Assembly (NCBI RefSeq): GCF_037042905.1
Contig: NC_087247.1
Location: 62,620,001-62,684,000 of the forward strand
DNA from: Lytechinus pictus
Taxonomy: Eukaryota
Direction: 5' to 3'
DNA: 64,000 nucleotides
The notes under the pieces: generated by a model
What the model saw: the letters and a program-made list of their open reading frames with translations, nothing else
What the model was told of the DNA's origin: nothing
The model's database searches: none
Made by a program: the position numbers and the translations under genes
Shown: piece by piece, positions 1 through 12,100 of the stretch
Numbering within the stretch: the first letter of the stretch is position 1
Layout: the number at the start of each line of letters is the position of its first letter

Positions 1-142
1 TTTTGGCCAGCCGATTGGGGGGGGGGGGGCACGTGCCCCCCCCATGCCCCAAATTTCTTAGTGTGTATGGGTGAAGATGCATTGTGTTGGTGGTATGCGT
101 TGTTGTCGTATATATCAATAGCAATAGTAGTAGTAGCAGTAG

Positions 143-423
143 NNNNNNNNNNNNNNNNNNNNNNNNNNNNNNNNNNNNNNNNNNNNNNNNNNNNNNNNNN
201 NNNNNNNNNNNNNNNNNNNNNNNNNNNNNNNNNNNNNNNNNNNNNNNNNNNNNNNNNNNNNNNNNNNNNNNNNNNNNNNNNNNNNNNNNNNNNNNNNNNN
301 NNNNNNNNNNNNNNNNNNNNNNNNNNNNNNNNNNNNNNNNNNNNNNNNNNNNNNNNNNNNNNNNNNNNNNNNNNNNNNNNNNNNNNNNNNNNNNNNNNNN
401 NNNNNNNNNNNNNNNNNNNNNNN
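143..423. other. assembly gap (N run)
   Basis: Continuous N bases, preceded by a short (TAG)n-like tract. Confidence 0.99.
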
Positions 424-489
424 GAGAGGAGAAAAAGAAGGGGAAACGTTAAAGGAGGAAGACGATTGAATAAAATAAGATGAGGGAAA

Positions 490-2153
490 GACTTGGAAAA
501 TCATTTTAAAAATCTGTCATGTCACTATATAAAATTTTCGCTCGCGCTTCGCGCTCGCATTGCCTATTAGGTGATTCACATATCTTGCTCAATATGGAGC
601 TTAAATATCAAATTTTGAAGTCAATAAACAAAACATATTACAGCTCGGAAATCGAACTTTCATTATTTTGTTTCACTTACAAAGTGATTTTTAAAAATTC
701 TGTTTTATGGTCTGAATATTAAAATTTTCTGCTCGCGCTGCGCGCATGCAAAATTTGATTTGTCAGGTACCTATTTTTCCTGTGATGATAAAGTTCTCAA
801 AATATCCCTATTCAGGTTTGATTGCCAAAATGTATCAGCTAGTACTGCAAGCTCGCATTTTCATTGGTGAGTTACATGTATATCTCAATATTGATTCTAT
901 AATTAACAACTTAAAATCCCCATTTCATGACAGTTTATCAAAAATTACGGCTTGCATTGATTGTTGAACATTAACTCATGCATCTTATTCATTGCAATAG
1001 TGCTTTAAATGTCCAGTTTTCAAGCAATAATATTAATAAATTTTACGCTCTTATTAGGCTTATTAGATTAATAAATAAGATATTAATTTAATCATCAAAC
1101 TGTCCCTTTTTTCAGAATGGAATATCGACAAGTTCCATCTTGCGCTTAGAAAGAGAAATAGGAAGATAGTCATCATTTTCATATGATGACATAATGTTCT
1201 TAGAATGTCCCTGTCCTATGTCAAAACTCTAAGTAATAATATTGAAACATATAAGCTCTTTTTTTAACTGTGATCCATATCCACCTCACAATTTTCCTAC
1301 AAAGTGCTTGAAATACAGAGCTTAAATTGACCCCTTTTCAGATCAGAACATCAAATATTTTAAGGTCGCGCTTCGCGCCCGCTTTATTGATTTTCATAAT
1401 AAAAATGAATATTTAGAATACCTAGATTCTAGATCGCGCATGTTTTATTCAGATACGCAGCTTGTTCTCTATTTTAATCATTATCCAATACATCAAAAGT
1501 TTTCTGCTCGCGCTTTGCGCTCGCATTATTAATGTAGAAAGATCTCCAATTACTCATCATTTTCATGATTTACAAAACATGAATAGAGTGTCCCATTTTT
1601 AGTTGTAAATCTCGAATTTTTCCGCTCGCGCTTCGCGCTCGCACCAATTGTTTTAATAGTTATATGCGTATCCTTATCGCGATTACAAAAATTGCTTAGA
1701 ATTTCTATTCTTCAGGTAGAAATTTCAAAATTTTATATGATTGTTGAAATATGTAAGGTATTCATGGCTAACTGCAAGCAGCCGTTAACAGATCCCTTTT
1801 TGATCAGATCAAAACGTATATTAAAAATTTCTGCTCGCGCAGTAATTATTTAGTTGGATACACATCTGGTTTAGGATCACAAACATTGCTAAGAATGTTG
1901 GAATTTTAGGAAAAAATACTTGAAATAAAAAGAAAATAGCTCGTGCTTCGTGCTCGCACTATCTAAATAAGGCTTTTGAGATTATGATATACATGTATTT
2001 ATGTTGACTGATAACAATAAAGCTTAGAAGTGATTATAAGGACTACCCCTTAAAAGTAACAAACAAAAATCAACTTTGAGCGGCCGATCGGGAAAATGTG
2101 GCTGAAAAAAATTTCGCCCCCCCCCTTATTGGGGAAGGCTGGATCCGCCCCTG
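490..2153. mobile_element. non-autonomous DNA-transposon-like repeat with dispersed GCTCGCGCTTCGCGCTCGC motifs
   Basis: Motif variants near 540, 731, 1366, 1506, 1624, 1833 and 1939; ends in poly-C then GCTGGATCCGCCCCTG (TIR-like). Left end not seen, possibly in the gap. Confidence 0.6.
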
Positions 2154-2157
2154 ATTA

Positions 2158-2186
2158 TAGTAGTAGTATTAGTAATAGTAGTAGTG

Positions 2187-2247
<61 letters not shown>

Positions 2248-2255
2248 GAGTAGTA
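2158..2255. repeat. (TAG)n microsatellite
   Basis: Direct read. Confidence 0.95.
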
Positions 2256-5200
2256 CTTAGTCGTAGGCCCTATCTGCCTATAGTAGGCTAGTAATAGCAT
2301 CAGAGGAAGAAGTATCGTTGAATAGTATATTAGTAGTATTAAAGTAGTTGGAAAGAAGAGAATATGTAATTGGGAACAGAAACAAAGTAAAACAATACAT
2401 TATTTATATTCTTCATTATTTTGCAAACTGTTTACCCCTGATCTCAATCTGTCCTTTTTTGTATTCGATAGGAATTACGTTCAAGCTGAATGATTTTTGA
2501 AAACCTTGAAATGAATATTCTATGGTCCGGTTGTCCCGGTTGCATAAGAGGTAAACATTTTAGAGGGGGATAAAACGAAACGCGCGCGATAAAAATCCTG
2601 AAAATCACAACCAAGCTAAACGAGTGACCCCCATAAATCATTTTTTTAACATCAAAGTGTAATATATCAACATCCATCCGAACATTCATGTTACAATTTT
2701 GTCGATAACACTTCGAATTGTGTTACCTACAGCATTTAAACAAATCCGTCCAAAATGCAAAATGCAGAGATCACCAGATGGGAACGTTGTATCGAATTTT
2801 GTTATTTTCTTAGAGGGGCGAAACAGTCCCTAAAGATTCAATATTTTATTTCATTGACAGGTTAAATACCCAGCTAGTATCCTTAACATGCAATCCATGC
2901 ATCACCACTTGTATCGAGTTTTAAAAATATCATTTTAGGTTGTGAAAGTGGGGTTGAAATGTGCCTCTAAGGAGTGACTTATTTATGTTTTCTTTTAGAT
3001 GCAAGTATATAAAATGTATATGGATTGACCTATTTTACGAAGTGAAAATCAAAAGTGTTGAAACAACAGGGGAAGTGAAGAGACACGCCCCCAATTTCTC
3101 ACAATTTATTTTCAAAGTATATATCGATTTCCTTTAATCGGTGTTCGTTTAATTTCCTTCCTCATTATACCGGTATTTTTATTTATGAAATGTCTTCATC
3201 ATGTTCATTGACTCTTTTTAAATCCAATCTTTTTCACATGCTTAATTTTAATTTTGGTTAAGATGCCATTGATCAGTCAAAATATAATCGACTAAATATG
3301 AAAAACAGCAGAAATGCTTTGAAAAGTAGCAGGTGCTTTTTATATTTTGAATTTTGATTGTGATATACCAAATTTGGCCCATTTTTTTTATAATGATTTT
3401 TATGGGTGATACGTGAAGAGGGTTTCAGCATGGAACTACTATAGTAGTATGTCCATGGTTTCAGTCAGGAGCTATCACAGAGGGCGTTATATCAGGTCAC
3501 AAAGGGGATGATCCTCTATCTGGATGTCAGATTAATTGTAGTCTTTACCTACAGACAGGAATGTTCCTGTGCTTGATTTCAACAGTTTAAATCTGGGGTT
3601 TCTTTTTTTTTTTAAATTGTAAATTGCTTTATTAAGACGGCCCTATATCAATGGACTGAGATTATCTTATCCTTATCCTTTTCACTGCCATTCCATATTG
3701 ATATTGAATGTTCGAAAATCTTTTTTTTTTGTCGATGATTCAACCTTTATAAAAAGGAGATACTAACCACTCAAAATGTATTCATTTTGGTTAGGCTTAG
3801 ACGTAGATAAGGCACCTGATTGAGCCACAAGGTACATAGCTCGAATTTTCTATGAAGCCTATTTTTCCTCACAATCTACTTAAAGACAAGTCATTTTTTA
3901 TGGGTGTCAAGTCATTTTTCATCGTGCCAGTAGGAGCTACCTAAGAAAAAAAAATCACATCTCAGAAGACGACTAGAGGATGTGATTTGATCTTCACACC
4001 TGGCAAATACGATTAACCTATGTCAATTGAAAGCAGCATGGGTCTAAATACCCTTCAAATTGGGCCTGCACGAGTTCAGGTATGGTGGTCTTCGTCTTCA
4101 TTCAATTCATCGAGCATCCTTTAACAAAATCATCATTCTGACATCATATAGCACACCTCTTTTATAGTAATTTCTGCATTTCGGATTTTTGAGAAAAAAA
4201 GTCAATATTCATATATAGCGCCTATATTAGAATTTCTCGAAGCGATATACCTTAAATAAGCTAACTACTTAACTTAATAATCTAATGACCCTTTTATTCA
4301 AAATGTTTCCAAAACAATCAATTTTTAAATTGATTATTAAAGGCGAAAACAGTATTACCAGTGTCAGTATACGCAGGATAGTCCGCTACCAGAATTTTTT
4401 ATCTCTTAGCCTTCCCCCGTTCTTGGAATAGTATTTGAAAAATAGTTAAAAAAGCTATAATCCTGTTTTATTGTATTTTCTTTTCGAGTTTATGCTGTCA
4501 CTCTTGACATATTACATGCACTTTCTATTTCAAACATTTTACTTCATATCGGTGGCATCGCCTTTTTTCGACTTAATTTACGATTGCACTCTAAAAGGTG
4601 TTTATCTGGTTGCTACGATTATGCACGGATCAACTCTAAAATGGAGGGGGATAAAGATATGATCCTTGAGATATGGCAGACATGTTGACAAAAACTGTTT
4701 TCAGAATAACAGTGTCAATAGGAATATCCTGAAGAAAGATTGTAAGCAAACAGCAGATGTCAGGATAGACCTAGAATGCTTAAAATGGGATCAAACTTAT
4801 AAAGCTTTGTCGATAAGTCAAACTCTATATTACAAAGATTTCATGAGGCTGTCAAGGCCGCAACATCTCATGAAAACAATTGAAGACCATGACAATAGAT
4901 AACGATTTATGAAGGCTCAAAACTTCTTTCAGTTTTCTCCGTTTTCCCTTTCTTTGCGAGTGGTAAGGCATGTGCTTTGCTTGTCTAAAAATTAAAATGC
5001 ATGCAAGCCATCTTCATTTCCATAATTACATTTGTCATGTAGGTCTACTGTGTGCAATGACAAATATGTATAGAGGTAAACATATCACGTTCATATCACT
5101 GGATAATCATCACCTTCATGTCTTTAAGATGAGTGTTGGCAAACTCATTTCAAACAAAATAATTGGCGTTGCCGCACAAATGAAGATGTTGCGCAATAGT

Positions 5201-5324
5201 AATTCATCTCGCCTTGGATAATGCCTGATATACCCCCCCCCCCCAACAAAAAAAATGAATTCAATTTCGAAACTCTGCAATTTCAGCAGATAAACAAAGA
5301 ATGGTGCCAAATTATAATTTTTAC

Positions 5325-5400
5325 TTGCGGTTACAAGACACGTGATTGAGAATATAACGATATGACGCAGCCAACACATCCTCCATCTTGTCGGGTCCAT
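5325..5400 (-). CDS. candidate first coding exon encoding a signal peptide (MDPTRWRMCWLRHIVIFSITCLVTA)
   Basis: Acceptor tattttcttttcAG (exon from 5410), ATG at 5400, 25 codons + 1 nt, donor GTAAAA at 5324; basic n-region, hydrophobic core, V-x-A cleavage motif. No downstream exon confirmed. Confidence 0.45.
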
Positions 5401-6542
5401 GATCGGATACCTGAAAAGAAAATACACAATCATATTAATATTGATAGACTTATAGTTTTAACACATTGAAATTAATGTACTGGGTCCCTTCCTACAAAGA
5501 GTTGCGAAAGATTCAAATTACACTATATAATTGTGATTAATCTAAGTTTGTGTTTTTCAGAGCAGTGACGAAATGAGCCAAACATTCTGAGAAGAACAAA
5601 ATGCGTTTGAATAGGAACATTTCTTTTAAATCGCAAACGAGCGAAAAGTTTTACTTTTTCAAAGTAAAAACCTATTCTTATGGTATATTTTCACATAAAC
5701 TGCAACAAATAATTTGAGTTCAATTTAAATCTATTGCAACCCAATAACACACGGATCTCTATAAATTTAATTTGGGAGGTGCTGGAGTACCTCCCTCTGA
5801 TTACGATAAGAAAGACGTTTGCAAAATGAGCAATTAGGCATATATAAAATTATATACCGTTCGTCATTATTTATATTGCATAATCATTAACAAATATTAA
5901 TAGTCACCATTCGGTTGAATCTTTATCATCACTTAGGCATACATGTAAACATCAGTAATTGTGCATACTTGTGATGATGATACTTTCCCAAAAATATAGA
6001 AATTTATTAACAAATGTCGATTCTGTATGATGTATGAAGCCTTGTTACACCCTTTTTGGCTGTCAAAGTCAACAGTTTTAAGGTGACACTTTACTTATCA
6101 CGAAAGTCACCAGAGTAAAATCATTATAATTTATTTATCCCATAGAAAACCCCCAGGTATGTTTCATACATAATGTCTCGGTCAATGTTTCCGCAAAAGA
6201 GTAAAAGCGTTTTAAAACAAAATACACCACTGGGAGGACATCTGTAAACGACTACAGGTATTCAAAACAGGACAAAATTCACGCTCTATATGAGAATTTA
6301 AAAGTCTCAGGAATCATTTTGAATGAAACTTTTGATGTTTTTCGACTCATAGCGTGATGATTCGGTGGGCTGAACTTCGTCTGACCACATCCCTTCAATA
6401 ATCCCCCGTGTTCCTGAATACAGGTATTTTCTGATCAAAATTAATCATTGTTTTACAGGCAATTGATATCATTGTCTGTGGCATATATGAATCACTGATG
6501 GAATAGGCGACGAAGGTAGAGCGAACATATTCACATTGTGAA

Positions 6543-7742
6543 ATGAAGAGTTTGGTTGCAAGAGGGGTTAGGTCCACTTTGGACCATTTCGAGAAAAATC
6601 GTGTGTTTTATCCTCACTTATTGCAATATTCTTATGAGAAACTAATTTTGTCATGATGTGAACATGAAATTGGGTATAAAAGAAATCTACCTGTCTTCAT
6701 TTTTTCTATACATTTTTTCAAAAATTATCATTGTGGAATTAAACCCTTTTGCAAGCAAACTGAAATGAATCCAATATCTTTTAGATAAAAAAAGTGATTT
6801 TCTTTGCCATTTTTTCACGTTTTAATGTGAATTTAAAATTTTGTTTGGTATTATCAGAGCGACTAAAAATTTATAGGTTTTGAGACAGAAAATGACAAAT
6901 GAGCTCTTCAGAAGCGTTTGGTTGCAAAAGGGGTTAGGTCCACTCCAAGAAAATCATTTTTTTTAAGGCCAAGTCCACCCCAGAAAAATGTTAATTAGAA
7001 TCAATAAAGAAAAATCAAACAAACATAACGCTGAAAATTTCATCAAAATCGGATGTAAAATAAGAAAGTTATGACATTTTAAAGTTTCGCTTATTTTTCA
7101 CAAAACGGTTATATACACAGCTCAGTGATATGCAAATGTGAGAGTCGATGATGTTCCTCACTCCCTATTTCTTTTGTTTTTTATTGTTTGAATTATACAA
7201 TATTTCAATTTTTACAGATTTGACCATAGGGACCGACTTGACTGAATCATATAGTATTAAACAATGATAATTTCACATATTCAGGGAGGAATAAAACTTT
7301 TCTTCACAGGACAATGAGGAGAAAATTAGAATATTTCATATTTCAGATAATAAAATACAAAAGAAATAGTGAGTGAGTGACGTCATCAGTTCCCTCATTT
7401 GCATACTGACCAGGATGTGCATACAACTGTTTTGTGAAATTAAGCGAAATTTAAAAATGTCATAACTTTCTTATTTTACATCCGATTTTGATGAAATTTT
7501 CAGTGTTATGCTTGTTGAATTATTCTCTTTTTATTTAAATAAACTTTTTGTTGGGGTGGACTTGTCCTTTAATTCTCCCATATTGCAATATTCTTGTGCG
7601 AAATTTAATTTTCATGATACCCTACCATGTAAACATAAAATTGGGTATAAAAGAAATCTACCTGTCTTCATACCTTTTTAAATGTTCTTTACACAAAAAA
7701 TCTTTGTGGACCTAACCCCTTTTGCAACTGAGCTCTTCAAAT
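6543..7742. mobile_element. inverted-repeat element with two related units (GGTTGCAAAAGGGGTTAGGTCCAC / GTGGACCTAACCCCTTTTGCAAC)
   Basis: Motif near 6553 and 6920, reverse copies near 6733 and 7706; second unit interrupted by the MITE at 6966-7568. Confidence 0.6.
6966..7568. mobile_element. foldback MITE at a TTAA-type site, Kolobok-like
   Basis: Long TIRs AGGCCAAGTCCACCCCA... / ...TGGGGTGGACTTGTCCT followed by TTAA; related copy at 37478-38078. Confidence 0.8.
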
Positions 7743-7891
7743 ATGCTTGTAGAAAACCGAATGGGTTAATGGGTTATATTGGATAGAAAGTTCAATAGTT
7801 CATAAATAGAACAACACATCTATTTTTCAGACATAAAATGTGAATAAGCTAAATCTGATTTTGTATATGTGATTCCTTAACACAAGCGATC

Positions 7892-9117
7892 GATGGAGAG
7901 TGGGATAGGGGGAGGTGGTTTGAGGGGTGATGGGTGTGGGGATGGAGTGGGTAGTGAGAGTGGGATAGGGGAGGTGGTTTGAGGGGTGTGGGGATGGAGG
8001 GGGAGTGAGAGTGGGATAGGGGGAGGTGGTTTGAGGGGTGATGGGTGTGGGGGTGGAGTGGGGAGTGAGAGTGGGATAGGGGGAGGTGGTTTGAGGGGTG
8101 ATGGGTGTGGGGATGGAGTGAGAGTGGGATATAGGGGAGGTGGTTTGAGGGGTGATGGGTGTGGGGATGGAGTGAGAGTGGGATAGGGGGAGGTGGTTTG
8201 AGGGGTGATGGGTGTGGGGATGGAGTGAGAGTGGGATATAGGGGAGGTGGTTTGAGGGGTGATGGGTGTGGGGATGGAGTGAGAGTGGGATAGGGGGAGG
8301 TGGTTTGAGGGATGATGGGTGTGGGGATGGAGTGGGGAGTGAGAGTGGGATAGGGGAGGTGGTTTGAGGGGTGATGGGTGTGGGGATGGAGTGAGAGTGG
8401 GATAGGGGGAGGTGGTTTGAGGGGTGATGGGTGTGGGGATGGAGTGATAGTGGGATATAGGGGAGGTGGTTTGAGGGGTGATGGGTGTGGGGATGGAGTG
8501 AGAGTGGGATAGGGGGAGGTGGTTTGAGGGGTGATGGGTGTGGGGATGGAGTGAGAGTGGGATATAGGGGAGGTGGTTTGAGGGGTGATGGGTGTGGGGA
8601 TGGAGTGAGAGTGGGATAGGGGGAGGTGGTTTGAGGGATGATGGGTGTGGGGATGGAGTGGGGAGTGAGAGTGGGATAGGGGAGGTGGTTTGAGGGGTGA
8701 TGGGTGTGGGGATGGAGTGAGAGTGGGATATAGGGGAGGTGGTTTGAGGGGTGATGGGTGTGGGGATGGAGTGAGAGTGGGATAGGGGGAGGTGGTTTGA
8801 GGGGTGATGGGTGTGGGGATGGAGTGGGGAGTGAGAGTGGGATAGGGGAGGTGGTTTGAGGGGAGATGGGTGTGGGGATGGAGTGAGAGTGGGATAGGGG
8901 GAGGTGGTTTGAGGGATGATGGGTGTGGGGATGGAGTGGGTAGTGAGAGTGGGATATACGGGAGGTGGTTTAGGGGTGATGGGTGTGGGGATGGAATGAA
9001 AGTGGGATAGGGGGAGGTGGTTTGAGGGATGATGGGTGTTGGGATGGAGTGGGGAGTGAGAGTGGGATAGGGGAGGTGGTTTGAGAGGTGATGGGTGTGG
9101 GGATGGAGTGGGGAGTG
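7892..9117 (+). repeat. G-rich minisatellite, about 22 units of roughly 53-60 bp
   Basis: Unit GGGATAGGGGGAGGTGGTTTGAGGGGTGATGGGTGTGGGGATGGAGTGAGAGT; plus strand almost free of C. Confidence 0.97.
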
Positions 9118-12100
9118 GCAAGTGGAAGAGTTAGAGGGATGGTAATAAAGGTATATTGAAAAAAAGTGGAATGTCTGAACCGACGACGATGAATGATTCA
9201 TTGACAAAAATGTGATAGAAATATGTCTCGTCTCATTCTCTGTTTCCTCCTATTGAACATTTGTGAGATCACATAATCAAGAAACATTGGTATTTTCGAG
9301 AGTACAATCTTGTTGAATTGTTGAAAAAAAAATCTCCCTCAACATTAATCCAGGCGTATCAAGATCGCCAGAGTTATCCACATCAATCATTTTGAAAACT
9401 AATAAAGATCATAGTTAGGAACCACAAACCTACTTCAATATCACAAAGTACGTGACATAAGATACAAATTCTGTCAGAAAATAAAATTGAAATGACACAA
9501 CTGATATTGGTATATACGCCGTTGACAATAAACAATGGCCTTGTTAGCATTCGGTTTCAAAACGAGTCTTTTCTTTCAAAGAATGTTGATTTACGGTCAG
9601 AAAACGTTAATTTCACATAAAAGAGTTACCAGGACATATATTTATGTTTGTGTACAGCACGAAAACAGGTTCCTTTTAATATCCGTCTGCTCACATTCAG
9701 TCGTTTTTTTTTAGATTGATAAAAAGTGATGAACACTCCTTGGTAATATTCTTTGTACATAGCATGATGACAAGTTTCATTACTTATTATTGACCAGATA
9801 AGATGTTTATATGTATTTATTTAAACAGCTTACCTGGTCAAATATATATACTTGAAAGAATGGAATATTATTTATAATTTGTTTTATTTTACTCTCTTTG
9901 ATAAGGAAAGAAACGAGAAAAATTATATATCATCATAAACAAATATAAAGTTGATCTTCCCGTGTTCAGAAAAGCTGTTAGTTTGTATGCCCAAAGAGCT
10001 ATTTCAAGTTAATCATTGAAAGTATGATAACCACGCACATGGACCAACATGTTTTTAAAATCAGCAACGAAATCATTTTTTTTCTTAAAAAGAAGATTAA
10101 TGAAGAGATATACATGTCCTTTAGATACTCGTATGTTATATTTAGGTAATGTGACAAAGTTAACGATCCCTTAACATTCTCCTAAGAGACACCTCTCTGG
10201 AGTAGACTGATTCCAATCTTGCAGATCTATGAGACAATATCATATAACGGGATACAGCCAGTGGTGTAAATAGTAAACAAAAAATCAGGGGCAGAAAATG
10301 GCGAACGAGGGACAATATTTGTATACTCGAGAGAGAAAAATGAATTTGATATTTGTAATAATGACAATTTAATTTTGTGACAGATTTTAACATAATATTT
10401 ATGCAGAATTTTGTAAGTCTTTGCCTGAATTTTTAATCATCTATTTTTTGTGGGGGGGGGGGGGGTAGTCCCCCAAGCCCAAACCCATTTGGTACGCGCG
10501 AATATAAAGGGTTAATAATCGGAACATTAACATAGACCCTGGACCTGTCTGAAATGTAACGACAAAATGACGTCAAAGACTTGAATTATATCGAAATTCC
10601 CATCTTTTAGATGTCCGATGAACTTTTTACGTGTCTGGGAAAAGACGAAGTTATTGGTGAGGAGAAATTTCTTGTGCTTGATGACAAATTTCATCTATTA
10701 ATGTAAGAATGGTGAAAGGCATTATTATTTTCTACAGGTAAAGCAAATTTGCATTGTCTCCTGGCAAATCGACACACAAAGATTTTATCAGATAATGCTC
10801 AGATTAGATTTGCTTATCCATCATCTCTTTTGTCTACTAGTTGTTTTTTTTTATTGCGTGAAAGAGATCGGATTTATTTTTAAACATTTACAGCAAAAGA
10901 CTTTGGCACACCTTGAAATGTCAAATGAATCTCAGATAAATAAAGTCAATAAAGTTGATAAATTAGGGGCAAAATGATGAATGAAAAGGGATTGAAAAAG
11001 GAAGAATAAGGTTACCTTATATATTCATTAGCGCAATAAGCCCCCCCCCCCCAAAAAAAAAGAGGGCCAGACATGGCGTATAGGGCCAAATTTCTTAAGA
11101 GCGAGCAAAAACTTGGACCTTTTTAATATAAAAAAATCTAATATTGTGTCAGATTTTTACATTGTTCAGAAAAACATTTTCCAATTTTCGTCCTTTCCTT
11201 TCTCCTTCTTTTCCCTATAGTATTGAAAGTTTTTGGGTCCATGGTCCCATGCAAGCACCTCCCGTCTGTACACCAGTCCTTATAACCTTCTAACATATCC
11301 AAAATTGTTATTTGTAAATCATACCGTAATGATTCACAAATAACAATTTACATGGAATATGTCTAATTAATATTTCGAGAATTAATCGACTTTTATAGAA
11401 AGCTTTGTGAAAAATTGTGTATATTTTACAGAAATATTTTACACTACTATGGCAATTATACCGATTAATAATCCATTATACAGAAGAGATATGAAATAAA
11501 GAATAATAAAAATGAAATTTTAAGTATGAAATACATCTGATTTGTGACTAACCTATTACATTTTCAGGGGCAGCTGAATTTCATAGCTTTGTTATTATAT
11601 TCCTTTATTTTTTCTTTGTATGACATGCATGAAATGCCATTTTTATTGTATTCAGTTCACACAGAGAAGAGAAGATTTGCCGTGAACTTCCTAGATAATC
11701 GGCCCATTTCCGTATCCTCCCAGGAGAAAAGTGGAAGATGCACGGGTCAATATTTCCACTTCTTTCGTTCTGATCTGATTTTAACCTAAAGATGACATTT
11801 GGTGGCCAGCTGCTTAAAGTCACATTGCTTCCAGATCCTGCAATAAGTTTGATATCCTCCTCATTTTTTTTACTGGCGAATGTCACATTATAACGTTACA
11901 AATGCACATTGGGAAGGTCGAAGCATAGGTCTACCGGGTATACGACCCCAGATCGAAACCGCAGGGAGGTAATATAGGCTATATTAATTTTATATATGCG
12001 TATATATAGCGATGAGGGTACATGAGAGTGGACGTATAAGGGTATTGAGGCTAAACAAATCAAGGGGTCTCATGTTCCAAGCGAGTGAAGCAAGCGAGCA

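Noticed and set aside
61-504. ORFs spanning the N run
   Set aside because: Artefacts of the assembly gap.
7849-9207. 452-aa and 414-aa Pro/His-rich ORFs
   Set aside because: By-product of a C-rich repeat strand with few stop codons; unit lengths shift frame freely.
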